A DNA stretch of 64,000 nt, from positions 29,531-93,530 of the forward strand of contig ONMU01000004.1 of the NCBI GenBank assembly GCA_900319035.1, written 5' to 3'. The translations under genes and the position numbers were made by a program. The notes beneath the pieces were generated by a model. The model did no database searches and was not told the origin of the DNA. It was given only the letters and a program-made list of their open reading frames with translations. The DNA comes from an uncultured Bacteroidales bacterium. GTDB taxonomy: Bacteria > Bacteroidota > Bacteroidia > Bacteroidales > Paludibacteraceae. This document shows, piece by piece, positions 1 to 10,125 of this stretch; the stretch's first letter is position 1, and each line of letters starts with the position of its first letter.

Positions 1-3000
1 CCCACTTGAAGAATATGACCGGTCATCGTAACAACGATCTTATCCCCCGAATTATTAAAGTACCAACCATAGTATTGGGTAGTTCCGGAACCATTGGATT
101 TGTTAACCTTCATAGTCTTACCGTCCGCACCCTGATACTGAGCCGTACCTCCGGTCAAAGTCACACAGTTCTTACTGCCTTGAGCGATATACTCATTCAG
201 CGCCAACGTAGCATCACTCGCCGCACTACTATTGGCAATCATCTGGAAGTTAGCAGGAGCTGTATAGTCGCAAGCCTGACTTGCGATCTCAGAATCCGTG
301 CAGTTGCTCTGATATGCAATCGCCTTTACTGTACAATCGGCAACAATACTAAAGGTGGTACTATAAACCGTACCGGTACTGCTACTCGGATCGGTACCAT
401 CTGTCGTATAACGAACCATCGTTCCGCTCGGAACAGTTATGGTAACGGTGTTATTGCCATTATCCGTAATGGTCGGTGTGTTACATTTCCAGTGCGGGAA
501 GAACTCTTGTGCCGCATTCGTGGTATAACTACCGCTCAGCGCATAAGCTAATGCACCGCCGTCACTCGTCGACCAACCGTCTTGTGCGTGTCCGTCATAA
601 GTGAACGTGCTACCCGGCAACGTGAAGTTTACACCGTGTGTCTTGGTTTCACTGGCCTTTGAACCGGTTCCGTTAGTACCTTTATTATAGGAAATAGTAT
701 AGGTCTTCAGTTTGAAACTTGCAGCAATAGTCGTATTGTCGGTGACAACATAGTTCGCAGCGTACCCACTGCCGTTGATTGTCAGCGGGTCATCAATCTC
801 ATATCCTTCCGCAGGCACAGCCGTGATAGAGGTCAAAATCACCGTGTGCGCCAAATCAGCATTTCCGCTCGTTAGTGTAGAAGCCACATTCGACGTATTC
901 GTATAGTTAACTGTAATCGTACCATTCGAATACGGACTAATCGTCACGCGGTCGGTCTTCATGCCATCCGTAATGGTCTTGCTGTAGAACTCACAGTTAT
1001 TATTATTCTGAGCATCTCCACCCTTTGAGTGATCCTCTCCTGGTGTTACCGTTACAGCAGCAGCAGTCACAGCTCCGCCTTCATAAGCAATTGAGGCAGT
1101 AATAGCTGGGGTGTTTTTAGTATTGTATATCGATTTGCCGGACCCATTACCACCTGCGGCATTACCAATCTGCCAAGCAAAGAAGTTATTATACTCCCTT
1201 GTCGTCATTTTATAGAGGTTCGCAGTACCTGGAACCAAGGAGAGTTGATCCGCTTGGCTATGTGAAGAGTTACCTATACGGTAGTATATACTGCTTCCTG
1301 TCCATTTGAGCACATTATTATCGAAATATATCACTTTGCCCGCAGCTTGGTTGGCCACTGGGAAAGTGACTGAGGTAACTATTGCACCCAAATTCGAGTA
1401 ATTAATAGTAAAGGTATAAGTAGCGGCATTCGTAGTGGTCAAACCGCAATCTGTACCATCGACATTGGTTGTCCAATTGGTACAGTTATTATACTGCATA
1501 GTACCGTTATTACCATAGTAATGTCCGCAACCATCAGCAATATTAAATCCATATGTCCAGTTAGAACCAAGACTAATGGAAGCAGTGGCTGTGGTTGCAT
1601 TCTCCTTCACGAAATCTACATATCCATAATGTTCTCCACCCTTTGAGCCATTGACATACAATCTCAGAATCTTCACGTCATAATTTTCACTACTATTGGT
1701 ATTTGCCCAGATAGACGTGGCATTACATGTCACCTTGCAATAGTACGAACCGGCATCTTCAAAAGCGCAACTGTTCTTTGTATAGGTTGCACTCGTCGCA
1801 CCAGCTATCCTATTGCCGTTAGCCTTTCCGCCTTTGTACCATTGATAGGTCGTCGGACCGTTATTGCCACTCGGAGTACACGTCAAGGAGATGTTATCTC
1901 CCGGGAAATAATGGTACGTACCACTTATCACGGCACTCGAAGGAGCAGAAGGTACAGAATTCAACGTAATAACGATATTTCCGTTGATCTTATTCGCCGG
2001 AATGGTAATTGTTCCTGTTCCTGCGTTCCATGTATAATGCGTACCCGATGTAGCAGCATTCCCGCCAATGGTAACAACCGGCGTCGGCATCGAATAGTCT
2101 GTATTTGCTGAGAACACAGCAGTAAAGGTTGAACCACCAATTCCTGATTCCGCTCCACTCGTCTTTGATACATTCGTCAAGTGATATGCTGCACTTACCG
2201 TCGAAGTAGTAAACTTGTCGTCCGTTAATGCTGTCCAACCACTCTTGTTTGAACCGCATTTAGCACGAGCCCATGCATAGTATTGCGTACCGGCTACAAG
2301 ATTCGTAATAGTTATGCTCTTTGCATCCGTTTTCGAGTGCGTTGCCGTACTTCCCGAAGTAGGAGCTGTGTTGCTGGTTGATACGTAGAACTCATAGTCA
2401 TTCGTATTGGCTACGTCCTCTACAGTTAAGGTCACACCTTTTGCTGTGATGCTCGATTTAGTTAATGCTGTCGGAGCGGCTGGCGTCAAGTCAGCAGCAG
2501 TTACAGTTACCGACCGTACATCACTCCAACAACCAAGACCCACATTGCAATACGAACGGATATAATATGTTCCGGTAGACGTAACATTCTTAGTTGCTCC
2601 GCTTGTACCTGTCTTGTCCTCACCATCTGCGGCACTCTGCCAATACCATGTATTATTTGCTGCCGGTGAACCTGCTGCAGTCAAAGGCAGACTGCAACTA
2701 CTTAACGTTCCCTTACTAATCACACCAGGCTGCGTTGCAGAGCAAGAAGCAGGTACACGAAGAGAGAAACCTAATATCCAATCGCCATTGCCGTCATTAT
2801 TGCCCAAACATTCTATATGAATCAATGAAGCCTCGTCCGATGTTAAAGAGTATTCGCGAACAGTCAAAGAAGAATTTGAACTGGTAGTAACATCAGATCC
2901 ATTCTTATAGACTTTCACAAGATAGTTAGTGGTATTTTTATCCTGCGCCCAAATACGGAATTTGTCATATCCTTTGACTAACAAAGTCAAACTTTGTGGT

Positions 3001-4103
3001 GCTAAACCTGCGGGTTGATGACATTTCATTCCCATTGAACTGGATACTGTACTAAATTCGCTATCAGTAGCTGTTCCTTTTGAAGTACTATTTGAATATC
3101 CACCTCTTTCTAGAATCCAGCCTAAATTTTTTGCAGAATAGTCAGCAGTTTTAGTTATCTGCATAACATTGTGCTTATCGCTTGTATTTGTAGTTAATGA
3201 TTCACCAGCAAACACATGCATTACCGATGAGTTCTCTGCAAAACGATAAATCTCATAATTGTACCCGCTATACGTCTTCAGCGATTTATTATATCCGCTT
3301 GCCGATTCATATACTCCCGGCTCGTGGACTTCCAATGCTTTGACTTGTAATGAAGAACGAGGATTAGAGCCATTATTATAGTTTAGGCTTGTCGCTAAAT
3401 CCATGGTCGCATAGATATAATACTCTTTTCCCACCGTCAAACCAGAAAGAGTTACATCCTTACCATCCGAAGAAGCTCCCCACCAAATGCCCCATGAGTC
3501 ACAAAGTTTAAAATTATAAGACTTCGCAGCGGCTGTGAATGTAAATCCATAAAAGAACTTACCATTTCCGACATGCTCCATTGTACCTATCGCAGAAGCC
3601 CAACCATTTGTAGAACCATATAAGTCAAACTTATAGGTCTCTCTAGGAGACTTCCAACCGGAATTGTCAGTTCCCGTACCATTGGAATACAACATGTTAT
3701 AAGCGTCACTACTGCGGTTAGATTGCAGAATGTCACCATTATAGTTCCAGTTGGTAGAGCAGTTTGATGCATAACGATGCAGGCGCAATTTATTATATGT
3801 TGTTTTATCTGTAGGAACAATTATATAAAACAATTTACCACCATCTTTATCAAACATCCAATGCGTATCTACTTCTTTTGCATTGTTGCCGCTTACACTA
3901 AACTCTGCTTTTACACACGCATTATATCCCCATGCGTTACCGCTACTGTAGCCATTCACAAACAATATCTCACCCGGGGTAAAGGCAGAATTCACTGCCC
4001 ACATTTGTGTTATGGTGATTAGACACATTACGAGTACCAGCCCCACTCGTCTTAGGGTTCGGCTATGTTCCCATAGCTTCTCAAAAAAGTTAAAATTTTT
4101 CAT
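1..4103 (-). CDS. Large secreted cell-surface protein, N-terminal ~1367 codons; the C-terminus lies beyond the left window edge
   Basis: Missing from the ORF track because it has no stop in the window. Hand reverse-translation from the ATG at 4103..4101 gives MKNFNFFEKLWEHSRTLRRVGLVLVMCLITITQMWAVNSAF (signal-like). An ATG-started ORF over 60 aa that the track omits implies no in-window stop. Modules read by eye: Ig-like YQWYKGG..IAGATSATY..DAGSYYC; Fn3-like segments; a Listeria-Bacteroides repeat (YTISYNKGTNGTGSKASETKTHGVNFTLPGSTFT, verified codon by codon at 600..719); a chitobiase/hexosaminidase-C-like segment (VRYTTDGTDPSSSTGTVYSTTF..VKAIAY). Confidence 0.8.
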   Translation of the reverse strand, partial: MKNFNFFEKLWEHSRTLRRVGLVLVMCLITITQMWAVNSAFTPGEILFVNGYSSGNAWGYNACVKAEFSVSGNNAKEVDTHWMFDKDGGKLFYIIVPTDKTTYNKLRLHRYASNCSTNWNYNGDILQSNRSSDAYNMLYSNGTGTDNSGWKSPRETYKFDLYGSTNGWASAIGTMEHVGNGKFFYGFTFTAAAKSYNFKLCDSWGIWWGASSDGKDVTLSGLTVGKEYYIYATMDLATSLNYNNGSNPRSSLQVKALEVHEPGVYESASGYNKSLKTYSGYNYEIYRFAENSSVMHVFAGESLTTNTSDKHNVMQITKTADYSAKNLGWILERGGYSNSTSKGTATDSEFSTVSSSMGMKCHQPAGLAPQSLTLLVKGYDKFRIWAQDKNTTNYLVKVYKNGSDVTTSSNSSLTVREYSLTSDEASLIHIECLGNNDGNGDWILGFSLRVPASCSATQPGVISKGTLSSCSLPLTAAGSPAANNTWYWQSAADGEDKTGTSGATKNVTSTGTYYIRSYCNVGLGCWSDVRSVTVTAADLTPAAPTALTKSSITAKGVTLTVEDVANTNDYEFYVSTSNTAPTSGSTATHSKTDAKSITITNLVAGTQYYAWARAKCGSNKSGWTALTDDKFTTSTVSAAYHLTNVSKTSGAESGIGGSTFTAVFSANTDYSMPTPVVTIGGNAATSGTHYTWNAGTGTITIPANKINGNIVITLNSVPSAPSSAVISGTYHYFPGDNISLTCTPSGNNGPTTYQWYKGGKANGNRIAGATSATYTKNSCAFEDAGSYYCKVTCNATSIWANTNSSENYDVKILRLYVNGSKGGEHYGYVDFVKENATTATASISLGSNWTYGFNIADGCGHYYGNNGTMQYNNCTNWTTNVDGTDCGLTTTNAATYTFTINYSNLGAIVTSVTFPVANQAAGKVIYFDNNVLKWTGSSIYYRIGNSSHSQADQLSLVPGTANLYKMTTREYNNFFAWQIGNAAGGNGSGKSIYNTKNTPAITASIAYEGGAVTAAAVTVTPGEDHSKGGDAQNNNNCEFYSKTITDGMKTDRVTISPYSNGTITVNYTNTSNVASTLTSGNADLAHTVILTSITAVPAEGYEIDDPLTINGSGYAANYVVTDNTTIAASFKLKTYTISYNKGTNGTGSKASETKTHGVNFTLPGSTFTYDGHAQDGWSTSDGGALAYALSGSYTTNAAQEFFPHWKCNTPTITDNGNNTVTITVPSGTMVRYTTDGTDPSSSTGTVYSTTFSIVADCTVKAIAYQSNCTDSEIASQACDYTAPANFQMIANSSAASDATLALNEYIAQGSKNCVTLTGGTAQYQGADGKTMKVNKSNGSGTTQYYGWYFNNSGDKIVVTMTGHILQV

Positions 4104-4147
4104 GATTTAAATAGGTTTTTGTGTTTATATTAGATTATATGTGTTTT

Positions 4148-4408
4148 CTATTCCTTTTCAAAGATGCCATCCAATTCCCCTTTTTTAATCTCCTCCTCTT
4201 TTTCATCAATCACTTTCAGGAATTCATCGGTCTTTTTTAAAAAGCCATCCTTAAATTCCTCTCTGCTTTTAAAATGAAGTACTTCTTTTATCAAGAACTC
4301 TCCATATTCATCGCAGAAAGCGTCAATTCGCAGAATGCCGTCCTCCTTGTAGACTTTTATCTGCTCGCGGATTTTTTGCAATCCTTCTAATGCTTCTTTC
4401 TTTGTCAT
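4148..4408 (-). CDS. Hypothetical 86-aa highly charged (K/E-rich) protein with no recognisable motif
   Basis: ATG-started ORF on the same strand, 59 nt downstream of the rdrB stop and 44 nt upstream of the surface-protein ATG. It has no hydrophobic segment. Composition is AT-rich like the RADAR genes. Confidence 0.5.
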   Translation of the reverse strand: MTKKEALEGLQKIREQIKVYKEDGILRIDAFCDEYGEFLIKEVLHFKSREEFKDGFLKKTDEFLKVIDEKEEEIKKGELDGIFEKE

Positions 4409-4467
4409 GATATTATTGATTATTTAATTTTTACTACACGCGTACGCGCACGCTCCTTATGTGTATA

Positions 4468-7065
4468 TTATACTTTAAATTGTTGTTTTAGACCTGCTTG
4501 CCGCAAGTGCTCAATATATTCCATTATTTGACGAGGTCCATACTTTTGTTCCCCTGTCTCTTCATTTCTCTCCTTCATCATTCCTAAAGCCAACAATGAG
4601 AACTCATTATATAACGTTGTCGCAAACACACCTCGATCGTCTGTATTAACAGAAGCGTTGAGAAGTGGATAGTGCGGATCTGATTGCTTCTCTATTGGGT
4701 CGAACTTCTGCAACAGCGGATGCTCACAATACTTATCCACAAATCCGATCTTCAAGTTCGATGTCGGGTTGCACTCGACAGCTATTTGTTTGGCAGCAAC
4801 TTTGCAGCGCATTTTAGCTTGGAGTTTCTCAACAATATCTGCAATCGTCTCCGGATATTTTCCTTGATAGCGTATTTCTCCGTTTACTTTAATTTCATGG
4901 TCAAAATGATATGTCTGATAAAGAAGGCATGCTTCTTGATCCTGGCGAGCCACATTAACTATTTCATCCTCAACTTCTGCCGTTTGGTCCCAATCAGTCA
5001 TGGTCGCTTTCGCCCACAATGTCAGGTTCGACTTTTGATCAAGTTTACATGGTTCATCTCCTCGCAACAACATACTATTCCAATATGTCTGCATGTCGAA
5101 CGTACAAACTTTATTATACCCGATCGCCTTGTATAATTCTCGCGCCAAACGATTAAGTTCTGTTTCTAATGAATTGGGTATTTCTACATCTTCCTTGCTG
5201 GCCGTCATGCATAGCCATACGCAATTATCTAACACATATTGCTTAGGGGCGATGATTCGATAATGACGTCTGCTATAGTACTGCTTTGCATCAATTCCCA
5301 TCGCCAAGCCATGACCTATGCGACATTTTGCACCTAATCCCAAGAACAACATCGCTTCGTCTATCGCGCGCAAGCCATCAATTATGTCAAAGAAATCCTC
5401 ACCCACATGATAAGTTAAATTAGTTAATCCTCTTCTACGCGCATAACGGAATGCATGTCCGAACACTTCCGGTCGACAGAACATTTCTGTACTTGCAGCA
5501 TCAATACCTACTATTTGTATATCATTAGGCCGACGTTGCTGTTTCTGGTAAACACTCAGGACTTGTTTGATATATCCTTTTAATTCATTGCGATAGTTAT
5601 TGTAACGTGGATAATCCTGACGGTTGCTCAAATACAAATCATGCGTTTTCTCCGATTTACTGTAGTTCGCTTTAATGAAGTGCACGACTAATGACAGATG
5701 CTTTGTGGCATTGTCCATAACTATGCGTTGGGTGAACACACCTTTATTATAATTTCGCGCACGCATACGCGAGTGACTCGTCATATGTCGCAATTCCTTC
5801 GGAGTAATACGGCCTTCTAAGTGATCATTGTCACTACCACGTAACGTGGTCTGTAGTACTATAGGGTCAAATACTTCGGCAATCGGATCTTGCTCCTTGA
5901 TAAAGATATCTTTTCTATCCTGATAGGTCTCGAAATTTTCAAAGCCCTTCAGTTGGTTAATCTGGACAAACTCCTTACGAATACGAGTTTTAAGAACCAG
6001 ATACAGGTAGAAGTATGGAGCTAATGCCCACATCGTCTTATCATATCCGTAGAAGCGATAGAAGAATTGGTACATTAACTTACGCTCTCCGTGGAAGATG
6101 AGATTGGCATCTTTTATATGCTCCTTCACTACTTTGTCGGGAAGAATCGCATAATCAAGTGTTCTTCCATTTCGACTCTTGATGGCAAATGTTCGCAAAA
6201 TACCGATTTCCGCACTAATATCCCGTTTAATCCGGTTAGCATACATTTCATCTTCCAAAATGCGCTTAACACACATCAACTTACGACAAAGTTGTTTGTT
6301 AGGAGTGCATGGAGCGTTTAGCAACTTAAAGAATTGCACCCTCAAGTATGCTGCAGCAATACACATTCGTTTGAACGTATATAACTGCTCCATATTGGCT
6401 ACAGAAAGGGTAACATCTTGATATTGCTTGACATCCTTCAACTTTTTGTCGATATTATTTAGCGAATTAGTTAAATCGATCCAATTAAGGTTAAAGACAT
6501 CACATGTTGCGTTATAATGAGCGTGCAGATCTGTCAATCCTCGGCTTAGCACCTCGTGTAATTCTTCGTTATTATGTCTTATATGGTCAGGCCATGCGAA
6601 GAGAGCAGTCTGACGCTTAGGGCTGGAAATGACATCTTTATTTGCCAAATAGGCAGTTGTCAACAAGTCTTCCCCTACAAATAAAGTTACATCTTTCCAT
6701 CTAAGCAGTTCATCAAAGACTGCCGCAGGTTGCTGCGTCTTGGCGTCTTGCGTCACTAAAATATCGGCCATATACCTAACGAGTAAGAACGGACGGTAGA
6801 TAAATGGAATCTTTGCCGCATCTTGTTCATCTGCATATTCACTTAGTGCATTCTCGCTATTCAGGTTCATCCATATGTCCTGCGATAGGTTCTCCATCAA
6901 GCGGGCTTCTGTTGTAGTAAACGCATCCTCACGCCAACGCACGAGTTGAGGCAGGATGTCTATATAGCCATCCTTATTTCTACGTGCATCCTCGATGGCC
7001 TTCACCACCGCTTCTACAGGATAATCGTAGAATAATGCCTTTATGCTCGCTCTTTCGAAGTCCAT
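4468..7065 (-). CDS. rdrB: RADAR RdrB-type divergent adenosine deaminase (865 aa)
   Basis: The adenosine/AMP-deaminase metal-site motifs occur in canonical order: LTDLHAHYN (HxH, 6517..6525), YHVGEDF (5395..5409), RIGHGL (His at 5311..5313), NPTSN (~4756..4776), SVNTDDRG (~4630..4650). There is a ~180-aa N-terminal extension and large insertions compared with a housekeeping deaminase. The start ATG abuts the stop of the upstream ATPase gene (TAAATG, 7063..7068). Confidence 0.75.
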   Translation of the reverse strand: MDFERASIKALFYDYPVEAVVKAIEDARRNKDGYIDILPQLVRWREDAFTTTEARLMENLSQDIWMNLNSENALSEYADEQDAAKIPFIYRPFLLVRYMADILVTQDAKTQQPAAVFDELLRWKDVTLFVGEDLLTTAYLANKDVISSPKRQTALFAWPDHIRHNNEELHEVLSRGLTDLHAHYNATCDVFNLNWIDLTNSLNNIDKKLKDVKQYQDVTLSVANMEQLYTFKRMCIAAAYLRVQFFKLLNAPCTPNKQLCRKLMCVKRILEDEMYANRIKRDISAEIGILRTFAIKSRNGRTLDYAILPDKVVKEHIKDANLIFHGERKLMYQFFYRFYGYDKTMWALAPYFYLYLVLKTRIRKEFVQINQLKGFENFETYQDRKDIFIKEQDPIAEVFDPIVLQTTLRGSDNDHLEGRITPKELRHMTSHSRMRARNYNKGVFTQRIVMDNATKHLSLVVHFIKANYSKSEKTHDLYLSNRQDYPRYNNYRNELKGYIKQVLSVYQKQQRRPNDIQIVGIDAASTEMFCRPEVFGHAFRYARRRGLTNLTYHVGEDFFDIIDGLRAIDEAMLFLGLGAKCRIGHGLAMGIDAKQYYSRRHYRIIAPKQYVLDNCVWLCMTASKEDVEIPNSLETELNRLARELYKAIGYNKVCTFDMQTYWNSMLLRGDEPCKLDQKSNLTLWAKATMTDWDQTAEVEDEIVNVARQDQEACLLYQTYHFDHEIKVNGEIRYQGKYPETIADIVEKLQAKMRCKVAAKQIAVECNPTSNLKIGFVDKYCEHPLLQKFDPIEKQSDPHYPLLNASVNTDDRGVFATTLYNEFSLLALGMMKERNEETGEQKYGPRQIMEYIEHLRQAGLKQQFKV

Positions 7066-9858
7066 TTATGCAAGAACACCTAATCGATCTATTAATTGCT
7101 CATTATTTATAAGTACTTCCATGTACTCTTTGCTTTGCGTGAAACCAGGAATCAAGTCCCACACGGAGTTATATGTTTTGTCTCGTTTGATTACTTTATT
7201 CCAATATCTCAACCCGCCACACTCTTTATACAACTCAGGGTTACTCCTTCTTATTTGTCGGTGTATAGTGACTCCATCTGTCGGGAAACTCAGATTTACT
7301 GACAATAATGATACAAGTGCAACTACCTTCCTCAATAAATCTCTATCAAAGTTAATAAGTGAATCTGAATTGAAAATCTTATCAAAGGATTCCGCACTTA
7401 TATCTTCCAGATACTTCTTGATTGGGGTCAAGAAATGAAATTTTAATTCATATCTTTGGTCTCCTTCTTTTATTGGATACAAACTAACTCCTAACTCTTG
7501 GATGTCTTTATACAATAATCGGATGTTTAACTTATTACTGCTTACATGGTGTACGTTTTTATTATAAAGAGCAAGATCTATAATCGCCAATTGGACATCA
7601 ATAAAACGTATAGCAGCGTCTGATACCAAATAGTGCTCTGGCGTGTACATGGGAGTCGCAAAATCTGCGCATTCTCGCAGCATTTTATTATATAAGGAAA
7701 ATGCATTATCCTGAGCCAAAACAAATAAAGATGGCTTTTGCTGATTCCTATTATCTTCTTGTTCTTGCTCTGCTTCAGATTTTTGATTCTCTAAAGCCAA
7801 TATATCTTGCTCTTCTGCATCCTCTACTCGATAAAAATCATTCCAGCGCTCATATGTATGCTTAATGTTTATTATATTATAGAAAATGGATAAAACATCA
7901 AAAGCAACCCTCTTCGCCTTCGGACGTATGTTCATTACTCTAATTGGAGAAGATTGTAATCGTCTGTGTGTTTTGGCTTCATCATCGCTATAAGCGTCGT
8001 TAGTGGTAGTTAAAGCAAAAAACTCTAATGTATTAAGTTTTATCTCATAATCATCCAATGTCTCCGGTGTATTATTAATCAACTCATCATAAATAGTTCT
8101 CAAAAGTTCTGGGTTGATATAACGCATATCACGAGGTTTCTGTGAAATTGCTTCTTTGGGCAATATATCTTCAGGCTCATAGGTAAAATAGGAGCCATTC
8201 AGAAATCGTTGTAAGGCATTGAGTTTCCTATATAACTTGTCATACTTATAGATCGATATTTTTGTATCGTTATTAATGGCATAGATATGATTATTATCAA
8301 TAGTCATCTCGTCATAAGACTCATAAAGTGTAATTGAATAGAACGCTTTTATAAAAAATAATAGTCTATGAGTATCAGTATCTGCCGTTAAGTTCTCTAA
8401 AGTGCTCACTACGTACATGACATCTCCTGTTGAGAGATTCTGCATCATATTATTCGGATTAAGAATTGCATCCAAAAGCGAGTTCGTATTACTATTTGAT
8501 TTTGCTCCCAATACGTCCTTATACTTTCTAGTTAAATAGGCAATAATACTCTTGTTAATTGATACTAAATCGTCATTGTCAGTAAGCGCCTCTACAAAGT
8601 CCACATCATCGTTTTGCAGACTCTTTACCCAAACATTGTAAAAATATTGTTTAAATATCGTTTTGTTCTTTATATGATTTTCATCATTTTTCTCTCCATC
8701 ATTGAGAGTCCATAAAGTTGCCCATAATAAACGTAGTTCGCGTAAATTTCTCGGGACTATCGGAGAAACATTGCGCGTATTAACAAAGATATATCTCGTT
8801 TTGCGATATATTAATCTAACAACAGCTTCTTTAACGGATTCAAACTCTTCTTTGGGCTCATTATTTTCATATATTTTTAACTTACTATCTGTAAGAATCG
8901 ATCCATTTGGCATCCACACACGATGACTTTCTGGCATGAACTTCATCACATACTTTATTGCCATTTCCTTGATAGTCTCATTAGAAACGACTTCCTTGTC
9001 CATTCGTTTTCGTAAATACGATTGAATTACCTCAATCATCTGTTCAATCTTAACAGCTACCAATACCACACAATTTTCTGGCGAACTAAGATATTTGCGG
9101 ATCTCTTCCGCCATTTGATATCCTTCCGTAGCATTTAAGTCAAGATCATCAATGCTTATTAAAACACGCTCTTTGTGGAAGTATTGCGCATAACAATGCA
9201 ACATCGCATTGAATTTGTTTTTCAACTCAATACCAGCTGCCAGATCATCTATCTCCTCTAAATCGTCATAAGCATTTTTATCAGATGCTTTATTGATAAT
9301 CGCCAAACTCCTTTTAACTTTTTGGAATCTCTCCATTAAGCGATTACGATTAGCTATGTTTTCATTACATCTATTAGAGCATTCATCTTCCTCCATTTTA
9401 CGCCTGTCGTCATCGCATATATCAGCATACATCTGACCGATTAATAATTCCAATAAGTTATGCTTTGAGTCGAAGAAGGCGGGATCTATCAAACGCAACA
9501 CTTTGAAACTATCGGAATCAATTTTATCTGACGAGTATAATTTGGCAGCTTGTGCCTCTTTCATAATCGTTTTGTTAGAAAGAATACCACGCACAGTCTC
9601 AAGAGCAGAAGTCTTACCTTCTCCTCGATCACCGCAGAACACGATAACATTGGACATCTTATCATCTACATCTTGGTGCAGTTCTGTTTTAGTCGAACGC
9701 TCAATGATGGTGTCCATGATATCAAATACCTGACGGTATTGCTCCCTAAACAAAGAATGCTCAAATTGCTCCTTTGTTTTCTCAATCACAATACCCGTCT
9801 CTTCTCCCATTCGGAAGATGATTTCATTCTGCTGCATTTTATTGCTCTCGTCATTCAT
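7066..9858 (-). CDS. rdrA: RADAR RdrA-type P-loop ATPase (930 aa)
   Basis: Walker A FCGDRGEGKTS (9607..9633) and a Walker-B-like VLISIDDLDL, with a long helical C-terminal remainder. It lies directly upstream of the deaminase gene and is translationally coupled to it. Size and gene order match the published RdrA-RdrB pair. Confidence 0.7.
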   Translation of the reverse strand: MNDESNKMQQNEIIFRMGEETGIVIEKTKEQFEHSLFREQYRQVFDIMDTIIERSTKTELHQDVDDKMSNVIVFCGDRGEGKTSALETVRGILSNKTIMKEAQAAKLYSSDKIDSDSFKVLRLIDPAFFDSKHNLLELLIGQMYADICDDDRRKMEEDECSNRCNENIANRNRLMERFQKVKRSLAIINKASDKNAYDDLEEIDDLAAGIELKNKFNAMLHCYAQYFHKERVLISIDDLDLNATEGYQMAEEIRKYLSSPENCVVLVAVKIEQMIEVIQSYLRKRMDKEVVSNETIKEMAIKYVMKFMPESHRVWMPNGSILTDSKLKIYENNEPKEEFESVKEAVVRLIYRKTRYIFVNTRNVSPIVPRNLRELRLLWATLWTLNDGEKNDENHIKNKTIFKQYFYNVWVKSLQNDDVDFVEALTDNDDLVSINKSIIAYLTRKYKDVLGAKSNSNTNSLLDAILNPNNMMQNLSTGDVMYVVSTLENLTADTDTHRLLFFIKAFYSITLYESYDEMTIDNNHIYAINNDTKISIYKYDKLYRKLNALQRFLNGSYFTYEPEDILPKEAISQKPRDMRYINPELLRTIYDELINNTPETLDDYEIKLNTLEFFALTTTNDAYSDDEAKTHRRLQSSPIRVMNIRPKAKRVAFDVLSIFYNIINIKHTYERWNDFYRVEDAEEQDILALENQKSEAEQEQEDNRNQQKPSLFVLAQDNAFSLYNKMLRECADFATPMYTPEHYLVSDAAIRFIDVQLAIIDLALYNKNVHHVSSNKLNIRLLYKDIQELGVSLYPIKEGDQRYELKFHFLTPIKKYLEDISAESFDKIFNSDSLINFDRDLLRKVVALVSLLSVNLSFPTDGVTIHRQIRRSNPELYKECGGLRYWNKVIKRDKTYNSVWDLIPGFTQSKEYMEVLINNEQLIDRLGVLA

Positions 9859-9894
9859 AGTATTTATGTCTCTTTATGTTTTTCTATTTCTATT

Positions 9895-9955
9895 GTCGAA
9901 TATAATTCGACGGGAATGAACATACTTTATTTTTCGTTGTCGGATAGTATCCGAC
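9895..9955. promoter_or_regulatory. Two 17-bp perfect palindromes of form GTCG-N9-CGAC upstream of rdrA (candidate operators or 5' leader hairpins)
   Basis: GTCGAATATAATTCGAC at 9895..9911 and GTCGGATAGTATCCGAC at 9939..9955, centres 44 bp apart, 37-97 nt upstream of the rdrA ATG. A third hairpin, ttcgggg-aggtag-ccccgaa, sits at about 9986..10005. Confidence 0.4.
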
Positions 9956-10054
9956 CTAATTAACGATGCTTATTTCTTTTCACGGTTCGGGGAGGTAGCC
10001 CCGAAAAATGGACAGCGAGCGGGTTATTTATGGTGTGCGCTTCTTTTGGGCATA

Positions 10055-10093
10055 TTGAAAAACAAGTAGATGACACGCATGGCGCATCATCTA
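10055..10093 (-). terminator. Rho-independent terminator after the YhcG-like gene
   Basis: Minus-strand RNA UAGAUGAUGCGC-CAU-GCGUGUCAUCUA forms a 12-bp stem including 2 G.U pairs, followed by CUUGUUUUU. It lies 33 nt after the stop at 10126. Confidence 0.55.
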
Positions 10094-10125
10094 CAAACAG
10101 ATTAGAAATATTTATTGATCGATTA

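Noticed and set aside
6-551. 181-aa plus-strand ORF at the left edge, along with other 60-150-aa ORFs at 1842..4022.
   Set aside because: All lie inside, and out of frame with or antisense to, the long edge-truncated minus-strand surface-protein ORF, which has recognisable domains.
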